Shown here piece by piece: positions 44,478-52,993 of a stretch of DNA of 64,000 nucleotides. Source of the stretch: Candidatus Bipolaricaulota bacterium. Lineage in GTDB: Bacteria > Bipolaricaulota > Bipolaricaulia > M55B111. The position numbers and the translations under genes were made by a program. The DNA lies in NCBI GenBank assembly GCA_018400715.1, contig JAGYME010000003.1, forward strand, positions 8,996 to 72,995, written 5' to 3'. Below the pieces are notes generated by a model. The model ran no database searches. It was not told the origin of the DNA and saw only the letters and a list, made by a program, of their open reading frames with translations. Each line of letters begins with the position of its first letter. The stretch's first letter is position 1.

Positions 44478-46400
44478 CTATTCTCCTTCCGGTTCGCTCT
44501 CCTCCGAACTCTGCTGTTCCAGTACCTGGATCCCTATCGCCTGCCTTCCGTATATAACCTCCCCGGTAAACGTCTTATCGATCCTGGTCACCGATTCGTA
44601 CCGATATCCCGTGCCCGCAATGGGGACTACGCTCTCTGCCAGTGGCTTTAACAGTTCCACGGATAGGTGCTCGTAGTTCTTTAGGTTCTCCATGTAGTTG
44701 ACCAGATCGTCGAAAGTCTCTATTGGGTTGGGGGGAGCGATCTCTACTGGCCGCGGACCGCCGTAAACTGAAACCACGTAATTTCCCGGTGGTAAGTTCT
44801 CCGGCAGTTTAAAGGCGCCAGTCTTTCTGACGATGTCGTCTCGATAGTTTTTAATCTTTACCTCGTAGGCGACTAGGTCACCCTGTTCGTAGATGTTATC
44901 CCCGAGGGCAAAGTAGAGAATCTGACCGCCATTTATATCTTCCTCCACGGAAAAGTCCGCCGTCAGTTCCGTCAGCTTTGGGTCCTTAAAGGAGTTAAAC
45001 GCCAGAGCGTCAATGAACACGGCTACCTGGAGCGAGGGCAGGTAGGAAAAATCGCTCGTGGAGAAGAAGATGTCCGACCGGGTCAACGGCTTGGGCATGT
45101 TTTCTCCGTCTATTTCGTATTTTACCTTGACGGTCCCCTGCCCCACCCTGTTCGTTGCCTTGTTGATCGACTCCTGCATGGTAACCCACGACAGGTATCC
45201 GATTAAGCTGGGCCTACGGACTATCCCGGTACTAAACTCCCTGGCTGATTCTAACCCTCCGTGAGAAACGCTGATATCTGTCTCGTATAGGGTTGGAGAA
45301 CGACCGACTTCGCCGAGCACTCCCTGGGCCCTGTCTTGAGTTAGAGACCCGATCGATTTGCCTATGGAGCCCAGCTTAAAGGATGCCTCGTAGCTCTTAA
45401 TCGTATCGTAAATATTGGAACGGGTAAGGATGAAATCGGATTCTCCGGCCATCAGGAATGAGTGACCCATCCCCAGGGTGAAATCTTCCTCCATGTACGT
45501 TACGGTGCCCAGGGCCCCGACCGATACATCTCCCTCTGTTAGAGCAACTCCAAATGGGCCGCCGGGTTGCATTTCCATGCCCGATTGGCCGTCACCTGCG
45601 GCACTCGTCTGTGAGTTGTGAAACGAAAAGTCGTCCTCTGAAAGACCACCCATGTGTCGTAGGGGCCGGTTACCCAGAGGGGCGACCGGGTTATATATCA
45701 TGTCTAAATCTCGGAAGGAGCTCCCGCTTTTCAGCGTTTTGAACGCGGATTTACTCAGTCCGTTCGTCACGATTGGGGTTTGTGCCTTGAGGAAAACGAC
45801 TCGATCTTCCGTGGAATATGCCGGAGGGTCGTTGGGTTCAAGCGACTCGAATGTCACATCCTTGCCGGGAAAGTATTCCTCCAGAGATTCCTCTACCGAA
45901 CTCTCTCCGATCTCGCTGGAAGCTTCACCGCCGTTCGCGGGCTGGTTGCTCTCGTTTGTTTTCAGAAGGTCGAGCATGGCGCCGATCGGCGTTATTAGCG
46001 CAATCGGATTGGCGGAATCCTTGCTCCAGAGGGCAGACCGGCTTACCGCGCCTATTAGCTTGTCGTCGATGTATACCGGACTCCCGCTCATCCCCTGAGC
46101 GATACCTCCGGACCTTTCGACAGCTTCACCGCTCGCCCTCACTATGATGAAGTCCTCCAGTTTGCCGGGTTTGTCCATCACGTCTACTACCTCTACAGAA
46201 AACTCGGAGATTGAATTTCCGCGGATGACGGTCAAGCCTCGTCCAGTCATCCCCGGTTGGACATCTTCCAGGTACATAAAATCGCGTCGTAGTGTTTCCG
46301 CTCGCCCGGCAATCGGGAAGAGCGTGAGTTGAACGGTTAGTAGAGCTAGAACCAGAATAATTGCGGTTAAGGCCAAAGACTTCTTAGGGTTGCTTGTCAT
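44478..46400 (-). CDS. Secreted SpoIVB/S55-like serine peptidase domain protein with a long uncharacterised C-terminal region
   Basis: Signal/anchor LALTAIILVLALLTV, and GGIAQGMSGSPVYIDDKLIGAVS (SpoIVB-like GMSGSP serine motif) near residue 110. Confidence 0.6.
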   Translation of the reverse strand: MTSNPKKSLALTAIILVLALLTVQLTLFPIAGRAETLRRDFMYLEDVQPGMTGRGLTVIRGNSISEFSVEVVDVMDKPGKLEDFIIVRASGEAVERSGGIAQGMSGSPVYIDDKLIGAVSRSALWSKDSANPIALITPIGAMLDLLKTNESNQPANGGEASSEIGESSVEESLEEYFPGKDVTFESLEPNDPPAYSTEDRVVFLKAQTPIVTNGLSKSAFKTLKSGSSFRDLDMIYNPVAPLGNRPLRHMGGLSEDDFSFHNSQTSAAGDGQSGMEMQPGGPFGVALTEGDVSVGALGTVTYMEEDFTLGMGHSFLMAGESDFILTRSNIYDTIKSYEASFKLGSIGKSIGSLTQDRAQGVLGEVGRSPTLYETDISVSHGGLESAREFSTGIVRRPSLIGYLSWVTMQESINKATNRVGQGTVKVKYEIDGENMPKPLTRSDIFFSTSDFSYLPSLQVAVFIDALAFNSFKDPKLTELTADFSVEEDINGGQILYFALGDNIYEQGDLVAYEVKIKNYRDDIVRKTGAFKLPENLPPGNYVVSVYGGPRPVEIAPPNPIETFDDLVNYMENLKNYEHLSVELLKPLAESVVPIAGTGYRYESVTRIDKTFTGEVIYGRQAIGIQVLEQQSSEESEPEGE

Positions 46401-46689
46401 ATTTCCTCCCGGTTGATATTGAGTTAAGGGCTCCGTTAAACGTCCTTTCTCGTTGAAAAAGGCAGATCAGGTTTGAAAAGTACGGCATAAAAACCTAGAT
46501 AATCATAACAACTAGTGTCGGGTAATTCAGGTCAAAATTTTATTTAGTCTTCAGGTTAACCCGTCGACGGCCGGCCTTGGGGTATTGGGATACTAGATTA
46601 AATTTGGTATATTTACGTGTCCGACTGTCGTATTATGTCAATTAGTTGAGGCTTAAGACTATCAAATATAAATAAGTAGGGGGAAAATA

Positions 46690-47445
46690 ATGGACGAAGA
46701 CGCGCTGTTGGTGGTCAAGGATATATACAAAAGATATGGAGACGAGGAAGTCTTAAAGGGCGTCTCCTTCGACATGCAACCTGCGGAAACCAAAGTCATA
46801 ATCGGTCCCTCGGGCACGGGTAAAAGTACGCTCCTGCGCTGTATCAACCAGCTGACGGTTCCTGACAAGGGACGAGTCTGGTTGGAAGGCGAGGAGGTAA
46901 CCGATCGGTCCAAGGACATAAATAAATTTAGACAGAGGATTGGCATGGTCTTTCAGCACTTCAACCTGTTCGAGCACCTGACCGCCCTGGATAACGTGAC
47001 TCTGGGCTTAAAAAAGGTAAAGAAGATGCCCAAAGACGACGCGATGCAACTCGGGATGACAGAACTGGAAAGGGTTGGCCTTGCCGACCAGGTTGAGTCC
47101 TATCCAGCTCAGCTTTCCGGCGGTCAGAAGCAGCGGGTCGGGATCGCGAGGGCTCTGGCGATGGAACCGAAGATAATCCTGTTTGACGAACCGACGTCTG
47201 CGCTCGATCCGGAACTGATAGGTGAGGTCCTCGAGGTAATGAAGGATCTGGCGCAATCTGGAATGACGATGCTCGTAGTAACGCATGAAATGGGCTTCGC
47301 TAACTCCGTTTCCGACGAAATTATCTTCATGGAAAAGGGAGTAATTGTGGAGCAGGGTACCCCGGATACCTTCTTCCAGAACCCTGAGAAGAGCAGAACG
47401 AAGGAATTTCTCCACAAGTTAACCGAGCTTTACGGAGAAGGTTAG
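46690..47445 (+). CDS. Polar amino acid ABC transporter ATP-binding protein (GlnQ/HisP-like)
   Basis: [53 protein letters not shown]. Confidence 0.9.
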   Translation: MDEDALLVVKDIYKRYGDEEVLKGVSFDMQPAETKVIIGPSGTGKSTLLRCINQLTVPDKGRVWLEGEEVTDRSKDINKFRQRIGMVFQHFNLFEHLTALDNVTLGLKKVKKMPKDDAMQLGMTELERVGLADQVESYPAQLSGGQKQRVGIARALAMEPKIILFDEPTSALDPELIGEVLEVMKDLAQSGMTMLVVTHEMGFANSVSDEIIFMEKGVIVEQGTPDTFFQNPEKSRTKEFLHKLTELYGEG

Positions 47446-47535
47446 ACGGTTGGACTTCAGCCGGTTTGACCTATTTATGGGTGCCGAAGTCTTCGACCTG
47501 GTTGGTATTTCCCCTGTATTGACTCGTAATATTGT

Positions 47536-47564
47536 TTGCAACGTCGGGCCCCAAATACTAGAAT
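47536..47564 (+). promoter_or_regulatory. Sigma70-type promoter upstream of the DUF151 nuclease gene
   Basis: TTGCAA (47536-47541), 17 nt, TAGAAT (47559-47564), 21 nt before the ATG at 47586. Confidence 0.4.
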
Positions 47565-47585
47565 AGGTGCAGTAAGGAGGGAATT

Positions 47586-48089
47586 ATGGAACGAGTAAGG
47601 GTTAAAGCTTTGTTGGTCGATACGTCTAACAACGCTCCGGTAGTATTGCTGGAGGGCGATAGCAATAGTAAAGTAATGCCTATATGGATAGGGCAAAATG
47701 AGGCTTTAGCCATTTCCTTACAGCTCCAGGGGAGCGAGTTCGAACGGCCCCTTACCCATGACCTCTTGAAATCCGTACTGGACAAGTTAGATCAGAGCCT
47801 GGAAAGAGTTATAATTGACGACTTAAGCAATAAGACCTACTACGCAACCCTCGTACTGCAGGGCCCCGATGGAGAAACGTTAAAAATTGACTCCCGCCCT
47901 TCCGACTCCATCGCCCTGGCACTCAGGACCAATAGCCCAATCTTCGTTGACGAAGAAATTTTTCAGGACGTCGCCATGGAGTCACCTTTTGACGAGGAGT
48001 TTGAAGACGAAAAAGGAGAAGAATTCGAAGACTTTCTCGAGCAGAAGATGGACCTAAGAAAGTTCAAGGACTTCACGGACGATAGTTAG
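47586..48089 (+). CDS. Bifunctional nuclease family protein (DUF151/BFN domain) with an acidic tail
   Basis: AAGGAGGG RBS. PVVLLEGDSNSKVMPIWIGQNEALAI...RPLTHDLL...YYATL. Confidence 0.85.
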   Translation: MERVRVKALLVDTSNNAPVVLLEGDSNSKVMPIWIGQNEALAISLQLQGSEFERPLTHDLLKSVLDKLDQSLERVIIDDLSNKTYYATLVLQGPDGETLKIDSRPSDSIALALRTNSPIFVDEEIFQDVAMESPFDEEFEDEKGEEFEDFLEQKMDLRKFKDFTDDS

Positions 48090-48111
48090 ATGCTCACTCG
48101 GGTGGGACCCC

Positions 48112-48918
48112 GTGGCTGACAAGGAAAGGCTTGACGTCATAATTGCCGATAGGGGTTACTGTCGGAGCCGCGAAAAGGCAAAGCGACAGATTATGGCGGG
48201 TAACGTCTTCGTTGGCGGTCAACTCCACGACAAACCGGGTACGAGGGTTCCGGTCGATTCAGAAATTAAAATTCGGGACGATTCCAAGAGGTACGTAAGT
48301 CGCGGGGGAGAAAAACTCGATAAGGCGTTGGAAGAATTCAACCTGGACCTCCACGGGAAGAAGGCAGTCGATATCGGTGCCTCCACTGGGGGGTTTACTG
48401 ATTGTCTGCTCCGCAAAGGAACGTCCGAGGTCTGGGCGGTTGACGTGGGGAAGGGTCAACTCGATTGGAATTTGCGTAACGATTCCCGGGTTCACGTTCT
48501 CGAGGAAACTAACGCGAGGTATCTCGAACCGGAAGTGATTGGAGAGAAGGTCGACCTGGTGACGGTCGACGTATCGTTTATCTCTCTAGAATTGATCCTG
48601 TTGCCAGCCCGCGATCTTCTCGACGGGTACGGAAAAATAATTTCTCTCGTCAAGCCACAGTTTGAGGCCGGACCGGATTTGGTCGAGCGCGGTGGCGTGG
48701 TGACTGACCCGGACGTACACGTCGACGTCATCCAGGCCGTATCAGGTTACGCCGAGGATATCGGTCTGGTCCCGATGGGACTGACATTTTCACCTATCAG
48801 AGGAAAAAGCAGCAAGAACATCGAGTACCCGCTGTTGTTATCTCTGGCGGGGGAGCGGTTGGGCCGTGAGGAGATAATCGACCTGGTGGAGACAGCTCAT
48901 GACTTCTTCCAGGGTTGA
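48112..48918 (+). CDS. tlyA: TlyA family rRNA 2'-O-methyltransferase (S4 plus FtsJ domains)
   Basis: GTG start. RLDVIIADRGYCRSREKAKRQI, YVSRGGEKL, DIGASTGGFTDCLL, VDVSFISL. Confidence 0.85.
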   Translation: MADKERLDVIIADRGYCRSREKAKRQIMAGNVFVGGQLHDKPGTRVPVDSEIKIRDDSKRYVSRGGEKLDKALEEFNLDLHGKKAVDIGASTGGFTDCLLRKGTSEVWAVDVGKGQLDWNLRNDSRVHVLEETNARYLEPEVIGEKVDLVTVDVSFISLELILLPARDLLDGYGKIISLVKPQFEAGPDLVERGGVVTDPDVHVDVIQAVSGYAEDIGLVPMGLTFSPIRGKSSKNIEYPLLLSLAGERLGREEIIDLVETAHDFFQG

Positions 48919-48939
48919 ACGGAACTCAGGGAGTTAGCG

Positions 48940-49542
48940 ATGAAGGTTGTCGCCCTCACCGGAGGGGTCGCATCCGGTAAGACCGAGATATTGGAGGAGG
49001 CATCTCTTTTACCCGGGGTAGAAACGGTTCAGGCGGACGATCTAGCCAAGGAGGCATATAGGCCCGGCACCTCTGAGTATCGGCGGATAGTCGAATTACT
49101 CGGAGGGGATATCCTCGATGAAGAGGGAGAGGTTGATACATCCAGGGTAGCGGAGATTATCTTTAACTCCAAGGAGAAGAGGAAGGGTCTCGAGGACGTC
49201 ATCCATCCCTTCGTTAGAGAGAGAGTCGACGAAATAATAGCTGACTGTCGTGAAGAGGGAGTAGAGGTCCTTCTCGTTGAGATACCACTTCTCTTTCAGT
49301 CTTCCGCTATTGACGAAAGTATCTTTGACGCCATCGTGCTTGTCCACGTCGATGAGCGAACCAAACTCGAACGGTTGATGGAGAGGGATGGAATTTCTGA
49401 GGAGGAAGCGGCCTCTCGGATCGAGGCTCAAAAACTCCCCCCGGGCGTGGAGGGTTCCTGTGACGAGGTCGTGTCTACCTCTGGTACCCTGAAGGAGACG
49501 CGGGAGTCCGCGAGGGAACTGATAAAAACGCTCATCGATTAA
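48940..49542 (+). CDS. coaE: Dephospho-CoA kinase
   Basis: VALTGGVASGKT, EIPLLF. 200 aa. Confidence 0.9.
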   Translation: MKVVALTGGVASGKTEILEEASLLPGVETVQADDLAKEAYRPGTSEYRRIVELLGGDILDEEGEVDTSRVAEIIFNSKEKRKGLEDVIHPFVRERVDEIIADCREEGVEVLLVEIPLLFQSSAIDESIFDAIVLVHVDERTKLERLMERDGISEEEAASRIEAQKLPPGVEGSCDEVVSTSGTLKETRESARELIKTLID

Positions 49543-50993
49543 TCCTGAATGAGGCGTTTGACGTATTCCAGGTCGTTGTATTCTATCGTTTCGTCATCGA
49601 AGACCTGGTACCTTTCATGTCCTTTACCTGCTATCAGCAGGGCGTCATCGGGGCCCAGGCGGTCGATCTCCACCTTTATTGCCTCCTTCCGATCGAGGAT
49701 TACTTCGTAGTTAAAATCCCTGGGTATACCCCTCTCGATTTCGGTGACGATATCCAGGGGGTCTTCCGATTTCGGGTTGTCCGACGTGAGGATTACCTCA
49801 TCAGCCAAAGAGACTCCGATCTCTCCCATCTCTGGCCTCTTTCCCCTGTCGCTTTGCCCCCCACACCCAAAGATTACTTTCACGTTTGTGTAGAGGCGGT
49901 TGAGTTCCTTGAGGCTCTCCCGCAACCCTCCCGGATTGTGAGCAAAGTCTATAAATATGTCCGCTCCCTTTGCCGTAGTCACCCTTTCCATTCGCCCGGG
50001 CAAGAGTCCCGAAGATGAAATTACCTCCTGCAGTTCGGGGATGTCTCTGCCCCGGAGGGCGCCAACGGTAATTGCCGGGAGGGCGTTGTAGACGTTGTAG
50101 GCGCCGAAGTATTTCAAAGAGAAATAACCTTCTCCCCACGGGGTGCGGGCTTCAAAGGATACACCTTCCTTCGTCCTCTCGACCCGGTCGGCGTAGACGT
50201 CGGAGGAACTGCTTAATCCGAAGGAGATCGTTTCCGCTACCGTTTCCCGCGTAATCGTCTCCGCAAAGTCATCGTCTTCGTTAACTATCGCCACGTCTTC
50301 CTGGCTAAGATTTCGGAATAATTTGAGTTTGGCCTCGCCGTAATTTTTCATCGTTTCGTGGAAGTCGAGGTGGTCTCGTGTCAGGTTGGTGAAGATACCC
50401 ACGTCGAAATCCACTTGGCCGACCCTTTCCATAGCCAGGCCGTGCGAACTGACCTCGACGACGAAGTTCTCTTTTCCGGCGCGGAGAGCCTTGAATGCTT
50501 CTCTATGTACCTCCGGTGATTCGGGAGTCGTGACTGGCTCCTTTAAAGAATTAACCCCTGCTGATCCTATCGTACTTATGAGGTCCGTCGATTGCTCCCC
50601 CAGGACCCCCCTTGTGAAATGAACCGTAGTTGTCTTTCCATTTGTACCCGTTACGCCGACGACGAAAAGGTCCTCCGTGGGGTCGTCGTAAAACCTGCTG
50701 CTTAGGACGGCGAGGGCCTTCCGGCTGTCCTTAACTCGGACGTAGTTTGTTCCGGGGTGGCGTTCCGGGTTGAACTGCTCTTCCCCGACGACCGCACAGG
50801 CTCCCGCGTCGTAGGCATCCTTGATGAAATCGTGACCGTCAAAGTCACTGCCCCGTATCGCGACGAAGACTTGACCCGGATCCATATCTCTGGAGTCATA
50901 TGAAACCCCCCTTACGCGACAGCCCTCGTCGTTGAAGATTCTCTGATAATCCACGGCCGGTAACAGGTCTTCAAGGCGCTTTTCCTGGTTCAT
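49539..50993 (-). CDS. murE: UDP-N-acetylmuramoyl-L-alanyl-D-glutamate--diamino acid ligase
   Basis: SYDSRDMDPGQVFVAIRG, GVTGTNGKTTT, DFAHNP, SDNPKSEDP (a variant of the DNPR motif). Confidence 0.9.
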   Translation of the reverse strand: MNQEKRLEDLLPAVDYQRIFNDEGCRVRGVSYDSRDMDPGQVFVAIRGSDFDGHDFIKDAYDAGACAVVGEEQFNPERHPGTNYVRVKDSRKALAVLSSRFYDDPTEDLFVVGVTGTNGKTTTVHFTRGVLGEQSTDLISTIGSAGVNSLKEPVTTPESPEVHREAFKALRAGKENFVVEVSSHGLAMERVGQVDFDVGIFTNLTRDHLDFHETMKNYGEAKLKLFRNLSQEDVAIVNEDDDFAETITRETVAETISFGLSSSSDVYADRVERTKEGVSFEARTPWGEGYFSLKYFGAYNVYNALPAITVGALRGRDIPELQEVISSSGLLPGRMERVTTAKGADIFIDFAHNPGGLRESLKELNRLYTNVKVIFGCGGQSDRGKRPEMGEIGVSLADEVILTSDNPKSEDPLDIVTEIERGIPRDFNYEVILDRKEAIKVEIDRLGPDDALLIAGKGHERYQVFDDETIEYNDLEYVKRLIQD

Positions 50994-51511
50994 ATTTCGT
51001 AGAGAAAGAGTTCGTAATCTGAATCGTTGTACTCGACTTTTACAGGTTCCAATCCCGGCAGTTCGTGATAGTAGGAGACTATCCGTGCTCCCGGAGATAA
51101 CTCCTCGGTCAACTTGGCGGCCAACTTCTCGTTTGCCGCTGAGGAAAGGAAGAGAAAGACTACGTCCGCATCTCCCACCGGGTAGTTATACATGTCCGCA
51201 AGCCTGATTATTACCTTTCCGTCGAGGCCGTTGATTTTCGTCCTGATCCGGGCTAACGCTACTCTTATTGGATCGATCTCAAGCCCGATCCCCGAGGCTC
51301 CTCGCTCCTTAGCCGCTTCTATCAACACTCGTCCATCTCCGCAGCCGAGGTCGTAGATAAGGTCATCCTCCCTGAGGTCAACCAGGTTAAATATCTGCCT
51401 GATAGTCGCTATTTCGGTCGGCTGCCAGAGGGCGTCCAGGGTCAAGTTCCAGCCGAACCAGGCGATAAAGGTGAGTACTCCTGAACCGATTAGCCAAAGG
51501 TAAAGATTCAT
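50990..51511 (-). CDS. Class I SAM-dependent methyltransferase with an N-terminal TM helix
   Basis: The ORF-track TTG is at 51514 and an ATG at 51511. SAM motif I is DLGCGDGRVLIEAA. It overlaps murE by 4 nt. Confidence 0.75.
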   Translation of the reverse strand: MNLYLWLIGSGVLTFIAWFGWNLTLDALWQPTEIATIRQIFNLVDLREDDLIYDLGCGDGRVLIEAAKERGASGIGLEIDPIRVALARIRTKINGLDGKVIIRLADMYNYPVGDADVVFLFLSSAANEKLAAKLTEELSPGARIVSYYHELPGLEPVKVEYNDSDYELFLYEI

Positions 51512-51537
51512 CAAAAGTTGCCCTGCTTACTTTTTAT

Positions 51538-51570
51538 CCTCCGAGGGGAGAACCCGGAGGAGGGTTTTTT
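51538..51570 (+). terminator. Terminator-like hairpin plus T6 on the plus strand, between the methyltransferase gene and tRNA-Ser (orientation puzzling)
   Basis: CCTCCGaGG (51538-51546) pairs with CCCGGAGG (51553-60), followed by AGGGTTTTTT. Both flanking genes are on the minus strand. Confidence 0.3.
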
Positions 51571-51595
51571 GCCAGAAGTCGGATAGACCGATATC

Positions 51596-51685
51596 TGGCG
51601 GAGGGGGTGGGATTCGAACCCACGGAGCCCGAAAAGGCTCTCCGGTTTTCAAGACCGGCGGTTTCGTCCGCTCGCCCACCCCTCC
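51596..51685 (-). tRNA. tRNA-Ser (anticodon UGA), long variable arm, encoded CCA
   Basis: The reverse complement is GGAGGGGTGGGCGAGCGGACGAAACCGCCGGTCTTGAAAACCGGAGAGCCTTTTCGGGCTCCGTGGGTTCGAATCCCACCCCCTCCGCCA. It has a 7-bp acceptor stem, anticodon loop CTTGAAA, a long extra arm, and a GTTCGAATC T-loop. Confidence 0.95.
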
Positions 51686-51747
51686 ACGAGTATGGTTCAC
51701 GCGGGAGGATATTTTAAGCCTTCGAATAACTCTCCACAAGAGTCAGC

Positions 51748-52170
51748 TCATTCCCCGTCCTCGTCCACGGCGGTCTCCGTTACCTCTGTTTCCGTTTCTT
51801 GAAGTTTCTGTACGTAGACGTCCACGTTCTTGACGGTAAGGCCGGTCTTGCTCTCCACGTCCTCTTTTATCTTTTTCTGAGTCTTCTTGGCAACCTCGTG
51901 TACCGGATATCCCTGCTTGACTGCTATCTTTAACGTAATCGCTACTTCGTTTCCGTCGAAATCGATCGTGACACCCCTCCGCTTGCTGCCGAATATCCGT
52001 CCAATGTCCTCCGTGACAGTTGATTTCTTCTGGCCCAGTCCCTCGATCTGCGCTGCGCCCGCGGCTACGACGCCGGTTACGACTTTATCGGATACAGTAA
52101 TGGTACCATGCTCGTTTACCAATCCACCGTCTATCCGTCCCTTGTCTTCCACTTCCTCGCCTAGTGCCAT
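51748..52170 (-). CDS. Asp23/Gls24 family envelope stress (alkaline shock) protein
   Basis: 140 aa. GTITVSDKVVTGVVAAGAAQIEGL...VAITLKIAVKQGYPVHEVAKKTQKKIKEDVESKTGLTVKNVDVYV. Confidence 0.85.
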   Translation of the reverse strand: MALGEEVEDKGRIDGGLVNEHGTITVSDKVVTGVVAAGAAQIEGLGQKKSTVTEDIGRIFGSKRRGVTIDFDGNEVAITLKIAVKQGYPVHEVAKKTQKKIKEDVESKTGLTVKNVDVYVQKLQETETEVTETAVDEDGE

Positions 52171-52332
52171 TTATCTCACCTCCAGAGTTATTATAGAGTT
52201 ATGAGGCGGCTATTCCCAATTATGAGTAATAAAGTGAAATGAATCCCCGTAAATAATACCATTTTCATGGAATCTGTAAACTTTTCGCACTCGTCCTCGA
52301 CTGGACGGAAGTACTTTCAACCTAGAGGTGTT

Positions 52333-52866
52333 ATGGTGGAAAAGATAATTGTTGGTAGCACGAATCCGGTAAAGTATCAGGCGACCAAAGAAGCTTTTGA
52401 TCTTGTGGGAAGACCCGTCGAGGTCAAGAGCGTCGACGTCGGGTCTGGCGTATCCGATCAGCCAACGACCGATTCTGAGGCGATCAGGGGGGCGATTAAC
52501 AGGGCAAAGAATGCCATCGAACGCTTTGGAGGTGGGGTAGGCCTTGGCCTAGAGGGATCCACGCACGACACGGAATACGGGATGTTTTTGACTGGCTGGG
52601 CCTGTATCCTCAACGAGGAGGGGTCCAAGTACCTGGGAGGGGGCGGTAGACTTAAACTACCCGAGAAGGTTGCCCGGCGGTTAAGAGAAGGGGAAGAACT
52701 TGGGCCGATCATGGACGAGATCACGGGCGAGGAGGACGTTAAGAAAGGGCCTGGGGCCATTGGTATCTTTACCAGGGGAGTTATAACCCGGACCACCGCC
52801 TACAGAGATGCCCTAATCTTTGCCATGGCGGAGATGTTGCGCCCGGACCTTTATCAGGGAGGGTAA
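52333..52866 (+). CDS. yjjX: Inosine/xanthosine triphosphatase (YjjX-like non-canonical NTPase)
   Basis: ORF 52267..52866. The preferred ATG at 52333 follows AGAGGTG. VGSTNPVK, SGVSDQP, LGLEGS, GAIGIFTRG. Confidence 0.8.
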   Translation: MVEKIIVGSTNPVKYQATKEAFDLVGRPVEVKSVDVGSGVSDQPTTDSEAIRGAINRAKNAIERFGGGVGLGLEGSTHDTEYGMFLTGWACILNEEGSKYLGGGGRLKLPEKVARRLREGEELGPIMDEITGEEDVKKGPGAIGIFTRGVITRTTAYRDALIFAMAEMLRPDLYQGG

Positions 52867-52993
52867 AGCTGAGAATTATGACTGGAAAAGTATCCTAGGT
52901 ATCTGTAAAATATGTTTATATAAATATAAATTTTATTCCTTTTTCACGGATAAATTCCAATCATACCTAGTAAATATAAGAGGATGTGATAAT

